From IMG/VR virus record IMGVR_UViG_2778261461_000001, positions 1-21,304 of that record: a stretch of 21,304 nucleotides of DNA. One strand, 5' to 3'. A program made the position numbers and the translations under genes. The first letter of the stretch is position 1, and each line of letters begins with the position of its first letter. Below the pieces are notes generated by a model, which saw only the letters and a program-made list of their open reading frames with translations, made no database searches and was not told where the DNA came from. This DNA comes from a virus (taxonomy: Duplodnaviria; Heunggongvirae; Uroviricota; Caudoviricetes). Positions 8,132 through 18,936 of the stretch are shown here, piece by piece.

Positions 8132-8143
8132 AGGTCGCCGCCC
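8132..8143. other. cosN cohesive-end site, with cosB and cosQ flanks at about 8040-8210
   Basis: AGGTCGCCGCCC is the reverse complement of the lambda cohesive end GGGCGGCGACCT; flanks match the remembered lambda left-end and right-end sequences. Confidence 0.8.
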
Positions 8144-8342
8144 CGTAACCTGTCGGATCGCCGGAAAGGACCCGCAAAATGATAATAATTATCATCTGCA
8201 TGTCACAACGTGCATCTACGCCATCAAACCACGTCAAATAATCAATTATGACGCAGGTATCGTATTAATTGATCTGCATCAACTTAACGTAAAAACAACT
8301 TCAGACAATACAAATCAGCGACACTGAATACGGGGCAACCTC

Positions 8343-8537
8343 ATGTCAACGAAGAACAAAACCCGCAGAACAACAACCCGCAACATCCGCTTTCCTAACC
8401 AAATGATTGAACAAATTAACATCGCTCTTGAGCAAAAAGGGTCTGGGAATTTCTCAGCCTGGGTCATTGAAGCCTGCCGTCGGAGACTAACGTCAGAAAA
8501 GAGAGCATATACATCAATCCAAAGTGATGATGAATAA
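8343..8537 (+). CDS. Small conserved ORF (64 aa) corresponding to a lambda right-end ORF; possible RHH-like fold
   Basis: DNA matches the remembered lambda right-end region; translation MSTKNKTRRTTTRNIRFPNQMIEQINIALEQKGSGNFSAWVIEACRRRL... Confidence 0.45.
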   Translation: MSTKNKTRRTTTRNIRFPNQMIEQINIALEQKGSGNFSAWVIEACRRRLTSEKRAYTSIQSDDE

Positions 8538-8896
8538 ACATCCCGGTTTCTTCCACCATCGCACCGGAAAAGCGACTATGAGGGTAACCCTGCGTCTGTC
8601 AGCACAGTAAAACCCGGTGTGCATCGTTTTTGATTATTCCCGCACACTCACGCAGAAGGAATTCCCCGTCGGGCTACGGTCATGGTTAATGCGGGAATAC
8701 GGCGACGATACAGCGCAGCTAAAAGGGTAATGGACAGATAGAGCGGTTTATTTCATTCCACAGGATTCTGAGTGCCCCCCTCCTCCAATAGGCTGAGCAT
8801 CCACCTATATAGTTTTATTTTTCATCAATCCATTTAACTATCGTTTAATTGTTGTCACATAGGATTCTGCCGTTTTTAACAATGCAGGATAATAAG

Positions 8897-9190
8897 ATGA
8901 AAAAAATGTTGTTTTCTGCCGCTCTGGCAATGCTTATTACAGGATGTGCTCAACAGACGTTTACTGTTGGAAACAAACCGACAGCAGTAACACCAAAGGA
9001 AACCATCACCCATCATTTCTTCGTTTCGGGAATTGGACAGGAGAAAACTGTTGATGCAGCCAAAATTTGTGGCGGCGCAGAAAATGTTGTTAAAACAGAA
9101 ACCCAGCAAACATTCGTAAATGGATTGCTCGGTTTTATTACTTTAGGCATTTATACTCCGCTGGAAGCGCGGGTGTATTGCTCACAATAA
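8897..9190 (+). CDS. bor: Bor lipoprotein (serum-resistance, lysogenic conversion), 97 aa
   Basis: MKKMLFSAALAMLITGCAQQTF... with lipobox LITGC; matches lambda Bor; AGGA upstream of ATG at 8897 (the ORF-track start at 8849 is rejected). Confidence 0.85.
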   Translation: MKKMLFSAALAMLITGCAQQTFTVGNKPTAVTPKETITHHFFVSGIGQEKTVDAAKICGGAENVVKTETQQTFVNGLLGFITLGIYTPLEARVYCSQ

Positions 9191-9221
9191 TTGCATGAGT
9201 TGCCCATCGATATGGGCAGCT

Positions 9222-9683
9222 CTATCTGCACTGCTCATTAATATACTTCTGGGTTCCTTCCAGTTGTTTTTGCATCGTGATCAGCCTCTCTCTGAGAGTG
9301 AAATAATCCCGTTCAGCGGTGTCTGCCAGTCGGGGGGAGGCTGCATTATCCACGCCGGAGGCGGTGGTGGCTTCACGCACTGACTGACAGACTGCTTTGA
9401 TGTGCAACCGACGACGACCAGCGGCAACATCATCACGCAGAGCATCATTTTCAGCTTTCGCATCAGCTAACTCCTTCGTGTATTTTGCATCGAGCGCAGC
9501 AACATCACGCTGACGCATCTGCATGTCAGTAATTGCCGCGTTCGCCAGCTTCAGTTCTCTGGCATTTTTGTCGCGCTGGGCTTTGTAGGTAATGGCGTTA
9601 TCACGGTAATGATTAACAGCCCATGACAGGCAGACGATGATGCAGATAACCAGAGCGGAGATAATCGCGGTTACTCTGTTCAT
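9222..9683 (-). CDS. Rz: Rz i-spanin (lambda-type), 153 aa from ATG at 9683
   Basis: Matches lambda Rz (…[58 protein letters not shown]...); ATGA overlap with the endolysin stop. Confidence 0.85.
   Translation of the reverse strand: MNRVTAIISALVICIIVCLSWAVNHYRDNAITYKAQRDKNARELKLANAAITDMQMRQRDVAALDAKYTKELADAKAENDALRDDVAAGRRRLHIKAVCQSVREATTASGVDNAASPRLADTAERDYFTLRERLITMQKQLEGTQKYINEQCR
9281..9463 (-). CDS. Rz1: Rz1 o-spanin lipoprotein embedded in Rz in the +1 frame
   Basis: [52 protein letters not shown]; lipobox plus proline-rich region typical of lambda Rz1. Confidence 0.8.
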   Translation of the reverse strand: MRKLKMMLCVMMLPLVVVGCTSKQSVSQCVKPPPPPAWIMQPPPDWQTPLNGIISLSERG

Positions 9684-10177
9684 TGCTGACCCCACAAACA
9701 GATTTCACGCTCAATCTCACGACGAGTCATGAGACCTTTCCATTGCTTACCGCCAGCATATGTCCAGCGACGTAGCTGATCACATGCGCCTTTGATATCG
9801 CCCTGGTTTATTTTGCGAAGAAGCGTCGATGTTCTGAAATTGCCAGCACCCACGTTGTAAACGAATGAGTAAAGAGCGCCGCGCGTTGTTTCCGGTATAT
9901 CGACTTTGATGTACGGGTTAATTTGTCTGGCGACCGTGGCAAGGTCTTTATTCAGGAGGGCTTTGCATTCTGCTTTGGTATACGTTTTACCGAGCATGAT
10001 GTCTTTTCCTGTATGCCCGTGACATACAGTCCATACACCAACAATATCTTTGTATGGTATGTAGCTGACACCTTCCAGACCATCGTTACCACTTGGGCCA
10101 GTGATTAACACTGATGCTATAGCAATTGCTCCGCCACCAATAGCAGCAGCAACGGCTTTTCGTAATGATGGAGGCAT
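9680..10177 (-). CDS. R: SAR endolysin (phage 21 R-type, T4-lysozyme family with N-terminal signal-anchor-release domain), 165 aa
   Basis: N-terminal Gly/Ala-rich SAR segment ([20 protein letters not shown]) followed by a lysozyme-like domain; overlaps the holin stop. Confidence 0.85.
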   Translation of the reverse strand: MPPSLRKAVAAAIGGGAIAIASVLITGPSGNDGLEGVSYIPYKDIVGVWTVCHGHTGKDIMLGKTYTKAECKALLNKDLATVARQINPYIKVDIPETTRGALYSFVYNVGAGNFRTSTLLRKINQGDIKGACDQLRRWTYAGGKQWKGLMTRREIEREICLWGQQ

Positions 10178-10392
10178 TATTCACCTCTCGCAGCCTTGCG
10201 CTTATCTTCTTTAATCTTGAAATAAAGGTTTGTCAGGTACGTCAGCAGGCCAAATACCAGGCTACCCAGCACACCTATTGCTGCCCACTGTGAGGGCGTG
10301 ACTTTATCGAGCAGCTGTAAAAACCAGTAACCGGCACTACCTGCTGAGGTGCCATAGGCGACACCCGTTGTTAACTTATCCATGGATTTCAT
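10177..10392 (-). CDS. S: Class II pinholin (S21-type), about 71 aa from MKSMDKL
   Basis: Two transmembrane segments and a dual-start motif (MKSMDKL); GAGGTG upstream of ATG at 10392 (the ORF-track start at 10437 is probably too long). Confidence 0.8.
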
Positions 10393-10980
10393 AACCCCAC
10401 CTCGCAGACAAAGCGGGTGTAAATTGAGGGAATACAACGTATCGCAAAAAAGCAGAAACGTAACAGACTCGGAGTCAGTGAATAACTCAGGTATTGAGTT
10501 ATCAGCTAATATCGAGACTCAAAAAATGGAAAAACCAGCTCGACGGCGGGTTTAAGCTGTGTGACGAAGTAACCACTCTTAACAGCATAACCAATTTTTT
10601 ACGTACGTAAACCACTGAATGATATTTATGAGAATGCTACCGAGTGTTCAAAACTCCACCACAAATACATAAGAAAACCTCAACAAATAACCAATAAATA
10701 ATTTCAGATGTTATTTTTAGTTGATTTAAATTAAACTGCCGAATTATAGAACCCCCATAAATAACAGCCATTAATATAAATTAGCTAATAGGTTTATTTT
10801 TGTTCAAATAAGAGCCATAAATAGGTTTCGATAGAAAAAGTTCAGATAAAAATAGAGATCTACTTCACAAATTAAATGAGAAACTAAAACTTACATCTTG
10901 AAATAATCACATTGATTAGATGAATATTTATCGCGCAGTGACATCATTTTTTAATAATAGTTCAAAAAAAAGGGCTCACG

Positions 10981-12063
10981 ATGAAAAAATTAACAGTGGC
11001 AATTTCTGCTGTAGCTGCATCAGTACTGATGGCGATGTCTGCTCAGGCAGCTGAAATTTATAATAAAGACAGTAACAAGCTGGATCTGTACGGGAAAGTT
11101 AATGCTAAGCACTACTTCTCCTCTAATGATGCAGATGATGGTGATACTACTTATGCCCGTCTTGGCTTCAAAGGTGAAACCCAAATCAACGATCAACTGA
11201 CTGGTTTCGGTCAGTGGGAATATGAATTCAAAGGCAACCGCGCTGAATCTCAAGGTTCCTCCAAAGATAAAACCCGTCTTGCCTTCGCTGGCCTGAAATT
11301 CGGTGACTACGGCTCCATCGATTATGGCCGTAACTACGGTGTAGCATACGATATTGGTGCATGGACCGACGTTCTGCCAGAATTCGGTGGCGATACCTGG
11401 ACCCAAACAGATGTATTCATGACTGGTCGCACCACAGGTGTTGCAACTTATCGTAACAACGACTTCTTTGGTCTGGTTGATGGCCTGAACTTTGCAGCTC
11501 AGTATCAGGGCAAAAATGACCGAAATGAAGTAACTGAAGCTAATGGCGATGGTTTCGGTTTCTCAACTACTTATGAGTATGAAGGATTCGGCGTGGGTGC
11601 AACCTATGCTAAATCTGATCGCACTAATAATCAGGTTATCTACGGTAACAACGGTCTGAATGCTTCTGGTCAAAATGCTGAAGTATGGGCAGCTGGTCTG
11701 AAATATGATGCGAACAACATCTATCTGGCCACCACCTATTCTGAAACCCAGAACATGACTGTTTTTGGTAATAACCATATTGCCAACAAAGCACAAAACT
11801 TCGAAGCTGTTGCACAATATCAGTTCGACTTCGGCCTGCGTCCATCCGTTGCTTACCTGCATTCTAAAGGAAAAGACTTGGGTGTTTGGGGTGATCAGGA
11901 CCTGGTTGAGTATGTTGATGTAGGTGCAACCTATTACTTCAACAAAAATATGTCCACTTTTGTTGACTACAAAATCAACCTGATTGATAAGAGCGATTTC
12001 ACGAAAGCATCTGGCGTTGCTACCGATGATATCGTTGCTGTAGGTATGGTTTACCAGTTCTAA
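10981..12063 (+). CDS. nmpC: Prophage-encoded general porin of the OmpC/OmpF/NmpC (Lc) family, 360 aa with signal peptide
   Basis: Signal peptide ending AQA, then [23 protein letters not shown]... and C-terminal ...VAVGMVYQF typical of enterobacterial porins; position between Q and the lysis cassette on the opposite strand matches DLP12 nmpC and PA-2 lc. Confidence 0.85.
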   Translation: MKKLTVAISAVAASVLMAMSAQAAEIYNKDSNKLDLYGKVNAKHYFSSNDADDGDTTYARLGFKGETQINDQLTGFGQWEYEFKGNRAESQGSSKDKTRLAFAGLKFGDYGSIDYGRNYGVAYDIGAWTDVLPEFGGDTWTQTDVFMTGRTTGVATYRNNDFFGLVDGLNFAAQYQGKNDRNEVTEANGDGFGFSTTYEYEGFGVGATYAKSDRTNNQVIYGNNGLNASGQNAEVWAAGLKYDANNIYLATTYSETQNMTVFGNNHIANKAQNFEAVAQYQFDFGLRPSVAYLHSKGKDLGVWGDQDLVEYVDVGATYYFNKNMSTFVDYKINLIDKSDFTKASGVATDDIVAVGMVYQF

Positions 12064-12190
12064 TTTGATTACTAAAAGGTATGTTGTGGGAGGCTTTGCC
12101 TCCCCAACATATAAGTGGCTCCCTCAAGCCACTTCCTTTAGAAGCACAACCTTGCTTCTAACTATACAAACCTTCTGTTATATATTACCC

Positions 12191-12215
12191 TTTATTTTTG
12201 GGGGCGTTTCAACGC
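12191..12215 (+). terminator. Rho-independent terminator downstream of the porin gene
   Basis: GGGGCG-tttcaa-CGCCCC followed by ATTTTT. Confidence 0.6.
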
Positions 12216-12251
12216 CCCATTTTTAATAACTTTTAGTAAATAATTGGCGTA

Positions 12252-12635
12252 TTAATTAGAGTTATTAACAACGATATCCATCTCTAACCGGATATCTAAT
12301 GCCATTAACATCCCTTCAATTATGCCCTCAGCCTTTTGTAACCTTTTCCCGATATAACCATCAGAGCAGCAATGCTTACCTGCCAGTGACATGAATGTCA
12401 TACCGACTACATAATAATCTACTAATAAATCGTGCAAATCGCTGTTGTTCTTTTTCAGACGGGCCATGCACCCGCAAATGATCATCGCGTCATCGTCACA
12501 ACATTGCGGGCGAGATTTTACTTTTGAAAGAATTAATCCCTTAAAACCGGCGGCAATGGACGACCAGGTCACATCTTCATGATTATTAGCCGCCCACGCT
12601 CCCCAACGCTCAAGAACCATCTGAATATCACGCAT
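12252..12635 (-). CDS. Q: Late-gene antiterminator Q (phage 82/21/DLP12 QuuD-type), 127 aa from ATG at 12635
   Basis: Cys-rich zinc-binding region ([19 protein letters not shown]); GGAG upstream of ATG at 12635 (the ORF-track TTG start at 12650 is rejected); sits between rusA and the lysis genes. Confidence 0.75.
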   Translation of the reverse strand: MRDIQMVLERWGAWAANNHEDVTWSSIAAGFKGLILSKVKSRPQCCDDDAMIICGCMARLKKNNSDLHDLLVDYYVVGMTFMSLAGKHCCSDGYIGKRLQKAEGIIEGMLMALDIRLEMDIVVNNSN

Positions 12636-12720
12636 CAACTTACTCCACAAAAATCAGACCAGAACGCCAATTACAAGCAAAAATCAACAAAACAGTATTA
12701 GTTGATTGTTATCTCTGACT

Positions 12721-12861
12721 TCATACTCCTGCTCCTGTCAGGGTTTTGGCGTAATTCTTCAGTATTCGGTAATCGGTCAAAACAGAACCGGGGAAACGAT
12801 ATAAGCGCAGATGCCCCCAGCGGTGGCGAAGAAGTTCTGCCATATAAAACTCAAACATCAT
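12721..12861 (-). CDS. Small ORF (46 aa) between rusA and Q, YlcG-like by position and length; below the ORF-track cutoff
   Basis: ATGATG start overlapping the rusA stop (ATGA); translation [46 protein letters not shown]. Confidence 0.35.
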   Translation of the reverse strand: MMFEFYMAELLRHRWGHLRLYRFPGSVLTDYRILKNYAKTLTGAGV

Positions 12862-13220
12862 TCATTCCCCATTTCGGTGATGGTCAGTTCCAGCCTCCCA
12901 CCTTTGGTAACAGGCATCTTCACAACGCGGTAATCAACGACCTGAGCATCATCCAGCCAGAAACCTGCTTTAGTGAGTGCGTCAAAAGCGGCTTTTTGCA
13001 GATTATCCAGGTCACGGCGACGGCGATCCGGCATGTGGCACTCAATGCGGATTTTCACAGGCATAGCCAGGCCGATATCCAGCATTGCGTTTTTAATGAT
13101 TCGGGCGACGTTATCGCGGTATGCCTGCCCCTCTGCGCTGACGTGCGTGCGCCCGCGATTATGGCGGTAATAGCGATTATTGCTCGGAGGCCAGGGTAAT
13201 GTGATGCTGTAGGTATTCAC
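12858..13220 (-). CDS. rusA: RusA Holliday-junction resolvase (120 aa, GTG start)
   Basis: [102 protein letters not shown]... matches RusA. Confidence 0.85.
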   Translation of the reverse strand: MNTYSITLPWPPSNNRYYRHNRGRTHVSAEGQAYRDNVARIIKNAMLDIGLAMPVKIRIECHMPDRRRRDLDNLQKAAFDALTKAGFWLDDAQVVDYRVVKMPVTKGGRLELTITEMGNE

Positions 13221-13526
13221 GCCTTAATAACCCCCTCTTTCAGCCAGATAACCTGTGTTCTCGCCATACCTTCCAGCGCGCATTCTTTTGCATATGCAGC
13301 ATCGACTTGCTTGGCATGCCCTTTACCGGCAATCTTCTGTATGCGCTAAACCTAGATAGAATCCACTCTGTGCACATTGAAGCCCGCTCTATGCTTCCTT
13401 TCAGGTATTGAAGGGATTGAGATGGGCTAAGCATTATTGGCCTCCTGCATCAGGAGAAAGACAATCATGGCGGCGCGGAGAGGTCTGGTATCAAATATTG
13501 GGCTTGAAGAACTGAAAGAACACCAA

Positions 13527-13548
13527 GCCGCCTGATGGCGGTTTTTTC
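13527..13548 (+). terminator. Hairpin with T-run upstream of xis (terminator-like)
   Basis: GCCGCC-tgat-GGCGGT followed by TTTTTTCTT. Confidence 0.4.
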
Positions 13549-13574
13549 TTGCGTGTAATTGCGGAGACTTTGCG

Positions 13575-13793
13575 ATGTACTTGACACTTCAGGAGTGGAA
13601 CGCTCGCCAGCGACGCCCAAGAAGCCTTGAAACAGTTCGTCGATGGGTGCGCGAATGCAGGATATTCCCTCCTCCGGTTAAGGATGGAAGAGAATATCTG
13701 TTCCACGAATCAGCGGTAAAGGTTGACTTAAATCGACCAGTAACAGGTAGCCTTTTGAAGAGGATCAGAAATGGGAAGAAGGCGAAGTCATGA
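13575..13793 (+). CDS. xis: Lambda excisionase Xis (72 aa)
   Basis: [72 protein letters not shown] matches lambda Xis. Confidence 0.9.
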   Translation: MYLTLQEWNARQRRPRSLETVRRWVRECRIFPPPVKDGREYLFHESAVKVDLNRPVTGSLLKRIRNGKKAKS

Positions 13794-14841
13794 GCGCCGG
13801 GATTTACCCCCTAACCTTTATATAAGAAACAATGGATATTACTGCTACAGGGACCCAAGGACGGGTAAAGAGTTTGGATTAGGCCGAGACAGGCGAATCG
13901 CAATCACTGAAGCTATACAGGCCAACATTGAGTTATTTTCAGGACACAAACACAAGCCTCTGACAGCGAGAATCAACAGTGATAATTCTGTTACGTTACA
14001 TTCATGGCTTGATCGCTACGAAAAAATCCTGGCCAGCAGAGGAATCAAGCAGAAGACACTCATAAATTACATGAGCAAAATTAAAGCAATAAGGAGGGGT
14101 CTGCCTGATGCTCCACTTGAAGACATCACCACAAAAGAAATTGCGGCAATGCTCAATGGATACATAGACGAGGGCAAGGCGGCGTCAGCCAAGTTAATCA
14201 GATCAACACTGAGCGATGCATTCCGAGAGGCAATAGCTGAAGGCCATATAACAACAAACCCGGTCGCCGCCACTCGCGCAGCAAAATCAGAGGTAAGGAG
14301 ATCAAGGCTTACGGCTGACGAATACCTGAAAATTTATCAAGCAGCAGAATCATCACCATGTTGGCTCAGACTTGCAATGGAACTGGCTGTTGTTACCGGG
14401 CAGCGAGTTGGTGATTTATGCGAAATGAAGTGGTCTGATATCGTAGATGGATATCTTTATGTCGAGCAAAGCAAAACAGGCGTAAAAATTGCCATCCCTA
14501 CAACATTGCGTGTTGATGCTCTCGGGATATCAATGAAGGAAACACTTGATAAATGCAAAGAGATTCTTGGCGGAGAAACCATAATTGCATCTACTCGTCG
14601 TGAACCGCTTTCATCCGGCACAGTATCAAGGTATTTTATGCGCGCACGAAAAGCATCAGGTCTTTCCTTCGAAGGGGATCCGCCTACCTTTCACGAGTTG
14701 CGCAGTTTGTCTGCAAGACTCTATGAGAAGCAGATAAGCGATAAGTTTGCTCAACATCTTCTCGGGCATAAGTCGGACACCATGGCATCACAGTATCGTG
14801 ATGACAGAGGCAGGGAGTGGGACAAAATTGAAATCAAATAA
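13771..14841 (+). CDS. int: Lambda-type integrase Int (356 aa)
   Basis: [68 protein letters not shown]... matches lambda Int; overlaps the xis 3' end as in lambda. Confidence 0.9.
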   Translation: MGRRRSHERRDLPPNLYIRNNGYYCYRDPRTGKEFGLGRDRRIAITEAIQANIELFSGHKHKPLTARINSDNSVTLHSWLDRYEKILASRGIKQKTLINYMSKIKAIRRGLPDAPLEDITTKEIAAMLNGYIDEGKAASAKLIRSTLSDAFREAIAEGHITTNPVAATRAAKSEVRRSRLTADEYLKIYQAAESSPCWLRLAMELAVVTGQRVGDLCEMKWSDIVDGYLYVEQSKTGVKIAIPTTLRVDALGISMKETLDKCKEILGGETIIASTRREPLSSGTVSRYFMRARKASGLSFEGDPPTFHELRSLSARLYEKQISDKFAQHLLGHKSDTMASQYRDDRGREWDKIEIK

Positions 14842-14915
14842 TGATTTTATTTTGACTGATAGTGACCTGTTCGTTGCAACAAATTGATAAGCAATGCTTT
14901 TTTATAAGGCCTACT

Positions 14916-14930
14916 TAGTATAAAAAAGCA
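14916..14930. other. Prophage/chromosome junction attL: att core TTAGTATAAAAAAGC flanked by the phage P' arm (left) and the chromosomal B arm (right)
   Basis: Core is the reverse complement of GCTTTTTTATACTAA; right flank AGGCTTCA matches the E. coli attB arm; left flank resembles the lambda P' arm with about 3 differences (from memory). Confidence 0.8.
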
Positions 14931-14975
14931 GGCTTCAACGGATTCATTTTTCTATTTCATAGCCCGGAGCAACCT

Positions 14976-16259
14976 GTGAACACATTTTCAGTTTCCCGTC
15001 TGGCGCTGGCATTGGCTTTTGGCGTGACGCTGACCGCCTGTAGCTCAACCCCGCCCGATCAACGTCCTTCTGATCAAACCGCGCCTGGTACCTCTTCTCG
15101 CCCGATTCTGTCGGCAAAAGAAGCGCAGAATTTCGATGCTCAACACTATTTTGCATCCCTGACACCAGGTGCTGCAGCGTGGAATCCTTCCCCGATTACC
15201 CTGCCTGCGCAACCTGACTTTGTTGTCGGCCCGGCGGGCACTCAAGGTGTAACGCATACCACGATTCAGGCGGCGGTAGATGCGGCAATTATCAAGCGTA
15301 CCAACAAGCGCCAGTATATTGCCGTGATGCCTGGTGAGTATCAGGGAACGGTATATGTCCCTGCCGCTCCGGGTGGAATTACTCTGTACGGTACAGGTGA
15401 AAAACCGATTGATGTGAAGATTGGGCTTTCCCTTGATGGTGGCATGAGCCCTGCCGACTGGCGTCACGACGTCAACCCGCGCGGCAAATATATGCCAGGT
15501 AAACCAGCGTGGTATATGTACGATAGCTGCCAGAGCAAACGCAGCGACAGTATCGGTGTTCTCTGCTCTGCGGTCTTCTGGTCACAAAACAATGGCCTGC
15601 AACTGCAAAATCTGACCATCGAAAACACGCTGGGCGATAGCGTAGATGCAGGTAACCATCCGGCGGTGGCACTGCGTACTGATGGTGACCAGGTACAGAT
15701 TAACAACGTTAACATTCTCGGTCGTCAGAACACCTTCTTTGTCACCAACAGCGGTGTGCAGAACCGTCTGGAAACGAATCGTCAGCCGCGTACGCTGGTG
15801 ACCAACAGCTACATTGAAGGGGATGTGGATATCGTTTCTGGTCGCGGCGCAGTGGTGTTCGATAACACCGAATTCCGCGTGGTGAACTCACGTACTCAGC
15901 AAGAAGCGTATGTGTTTGCACCGGCTACGCTGTCCAACATTTACTACGGTTTCCTCGCCGTAAACAGCCGTTTCAATGCTTTCGGTGATGGTGTGGCGCA
16001 ACTGGGCCGCTCGCTGGATGTTGATGCCAATACCACCGGTCAGGTGGTGATCCGTGATAGCGCCATCAACGAAGGTTTTAACACGGCTAAACCGTGGGCC
16101 GATGCGGTGATCTCTAATCGTCCGTTTGCGGGTAATACCGGCAGCGTAGATGATAACGACGAAATACAGCGCAATCTGAATGACACTAACTACAACCGCA
16201 TGTGGGAATACAATAACCGCGGCGTGGGTAGTAAAGTGGTTGCAGAGGCGAAGAAGTAA
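14976..16259 (+). CDS. ybhC: YbhC outer-membrane lipoprotein (pectinesterase-like acyl-CoA thioesterase), 427 aa, GTG start
   Basis: Signal peptide with lipobox LTAC; sequence and position next to attB-lambda match E. coli ybhC. Confidence 0.85.
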   Translation: MNTFSVSRLALALAFGVTLTACSSTPPDQRPSDQTAPGTSSRPILSAKEAQNFDAQHYFASLTPGAAAWNPSPITLPAQPDFVVGPAGTQGVTHTTIQAAVDAAIIKRTNKRQYIAVMPGEYQGTVYVPAAPGGITLYGTGEKPIDVKIGLSLDGGMSPADWRHDVNPRGKYMPGKPAWYMYDSCQSKRSDSIGVLCSAVFWSQNNGLQLQNLTIENTLGDSVDAGNHPAVALRTDGDQVQINNVNILGRQNTFFVTNSGVQNRLETNRQPRTLVTNSYIEGDVDIVSGRGAVVFDNTEFRVVNSRTQQEAYVFAPATLSNIYYGFLAVNSRFNAFGDGVAQLGRSLDVDANTTGQVVIRDSAINEGFNTAKPWADAVISNRPFAGNTGSVDDNDEIQRNLNDTNYNRMWEYNNRGVGSKVVAEAKK

Positions 16260-16264
16260 GAGCA

Positions 16265-16480
<216 letters not shown>

Positions 16481-16492
16481 ACATGGCGCTTT

Positions 16493-18754
16493 TTACATCT
16501 GACGGTTTTTATTGAAGTTAATCAAACTACCCGCCTTGATAATCTCGCGCTCTTCAGCAGTCAGACTTTCCATATAGAGCGTAATTTCCGTTACCGGCGC
16601 ATCTTCATGGATCACATAACCTTTAAACGTCGTACCCGGATTATCCAGCGCCGCTTTAATGCCAGGGATGTAAATGTAATCCCCCACTTCAAAGGTTGGT
16701 ACTTCCGCCATTTGCAGCGGTAACATCCCCCAGTTGATGACGTTAGAACGATAGCGTTTAGTCGCGTACTCCTCGGCAATATTCGCCAGACCGCCAATCA
16801 CACGCTGGCAGCTCGCCGCCTGTTCACGCGCAGAACCATCGCCTGGTTTCACCGCATAGACCATGCTGCCAATTTCAGTTTGCAGCGGATCAATATGCTC
16901 CTGACCAGCAATCTGCTTAATGCGCGCAAACACCTCTGTCAGCTCGCTGACATTCCCCGCCAGACGCTGATTTTCCAGCTCAGCAGTCGCTTTACTTCTG
17001 CTAACATAACCGGGATCGCGGCGAGACAGGGTAAACTCCGCCAGACCAATCGGATTTGAACGATAAGAAGAGGTTTCACCGGAAGGAATCAGTTCGTCGG
17101 TGGTGGTCACTTCGTCGAGGATCTTCGAGCACACTTTCAGGACGATATTGTCAGTCAGCGCACCCAATTCCGGCCAGTCTTTAATGTTCGGCCCGTAAAT
17201 CAGCGGTTGCTGAGTTGCCCCTTTCACAAAGCCCTGATAAACACGGTTTTTATACGGCGTTACATCGAAGGCGTACTCCGGCACGTTGTCCCAGCAATCA
17301 AGTTCGCTGGCAGAGGTTAAATAGCCACCGTTTGCCGCAGTCGCAGCGATAGAACGAGCGTCCATCAACGCCACCGCTGACATCTGCCCATTAGCTGGCT
17401 TAGAGCCTTCGCGGTTCGGGAAGTTACGCGTGGTGTGGCGAATACTCAAACCGTTGTTGATTGGCGTATCGCCCGCGCCAAAGCATGGGCCGCAGAACGC
17501 GGTTCTGATGATTGCGCCTGCGCCAATCAAATCTGCTACCACACCTTTTTTGGCGAGATCCATAAACACCGGCTGTGATGACGGGTAAACTGCCAGCGAG
17601 AAGGTGTCATTGCCACAGGATTGACCGCGCAGTGCATTCGCCGCCGCGATGACGTTTTCGTAGTTACCGCCAGAACAGCCCGCGATAATCCCCTGCTGCA
17701 CTTTCAGGCGACCATTTTCCACTTTATCCAGCAGCGAGAGTTTGGCTTTACCGTGCGCCACGCGTTCGGACTCAATTTCAATCTCACGCAGAATGTCGGT
17801 CAGGTTCTGGTTCAGTGTGTCGATTTCATACACGTTGCTCGGGTGGAACGGCAGCGCAATCATTGGTTTGATGGCGCTTAAATCAACGCTGATGCAGCCA
17901 TCGTAGTACGCCATCGGTTGAGGGTTAAGCTGGCAGTAATCCTGGCCGCGACCGTGCAGCGCCAGCCAGTTATGGACTTCTTCATCGGTTTGCCAGACAG
18001 AACTTAAACAGGTCGTTTCAGTGGTCATCACGTCAACGCTGTTACGGAAATCGGTAGAGAGCGCGCTAACGCCCGGTCCAACGAACTCCATGACTTTGTT
18101 TTTGACGTAACCGTTTTTGAACACCGCGCCAATGATAGCCAGCGCCACATCCTGTGGCCCCACATACGGCGCAGGTTTTCCGGTCAGATGCACCGCAACC
18201 ACGCCCGGATAGTCGATATCCCAGGTGTCATTAAGCAGCTGTTTTACCAACTCACCGCCGCCCTCACCGACTGCCATTGTCCCTAATGCACCGTAACGGG
18301 TGTGGCTGTCTGACCCGAGGATCATTTTGCCGCCGCCTGCCATCATCTCACGCATATATTGATGGATGACCGCAATATGCGGAGGCACAAAAATACCGCC
18401 ATAACGCTGGGCCGCCGATAAACCAAAAACATGGTCATCACCGTTAATAGTGCCGCCGACGGCGCAGAGTGAGTTATGGCAGTTGGTCAGCACATACGGC
18501 AGCGGGAAACGTTCCATACCGGACGCTTTAGCGGTCTGTACAATACCAACAAAGGTAATATCGTGAGAGGCTAATGAATCAAACTTAATTTTAAGTTTAT
18601 CCATATTTCCGGACGTATTATGCGAAGAGAGAATAGACCAGGCAATAGTGCCTTTTTTGGCTTCTTCTTTTTTAATTTCGCCGGTGAAATGTTCTTCGGC
18701 AATTATTTCGTTATTACTGGCGAGAAACACGCCTTTTTCAGATAACTTGATCAT
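16493..18754 (-). CDS. ybhJ: YbhJ aconitase-family putative hydratase (753 aa from ATG at 18754)
   Basis: Aconitase-family motifs (GSDSHT, CGPCFG); GGAG upstream of ATG at 18754 (the ORF-track GTG start at 18778 is rejected). Confidence 0.85.
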
Positions 18755-18936
18755 CAAATGCTCCAGATATCTGCGCACCGTGAAGTGCGCAGAAAGATAA
18801 TAAATGGATATACTCTAAATAATTCGAGTTGCAGGAAGGCGACAAGCGAGTGAATCCCCAGGAGCTTACATAAGTAAGTGACTGGGGTGAGCGAACGCAG
18901 ACGCAGCACATGCAACTTGAAGTATGACGAGAATAT

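Noticed and set aside
8849-8896. Upstream extension of bor (ORF-track start at 8849, MLSHRILPFLTMQDNK...)
   Set aside because: The ATG at 8897 has a Shine-Dalgarno sequence and gives the canonical 97-aa lipoprotein starting MKKML; the extension is probably not translated.
12702-13199. 165-aa plus-strand ORF antisense to rusA
   Set aside because: Overlaps the confidently identified rusA and ylcG-like ORFs on the opposite strand; no independent support.
13240-13706. 64-aa and 71-aa minus-strand ORFs between rusA and xis
   Set aside because: They lie in the deletion-joint region containing a terminator-like hairpin and have no convincing RBS; the first appears to be an out-of-frame remnant of a ybcO-like gene rather than an intact CDS.
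14944-15715. Several minus-strand ORFs (73-140 aa) inside ybhC, and similar ones inside ybhJ and ybhI
   Set aside because: Antisense shadow ORFs within well-supported chromosomal genes.
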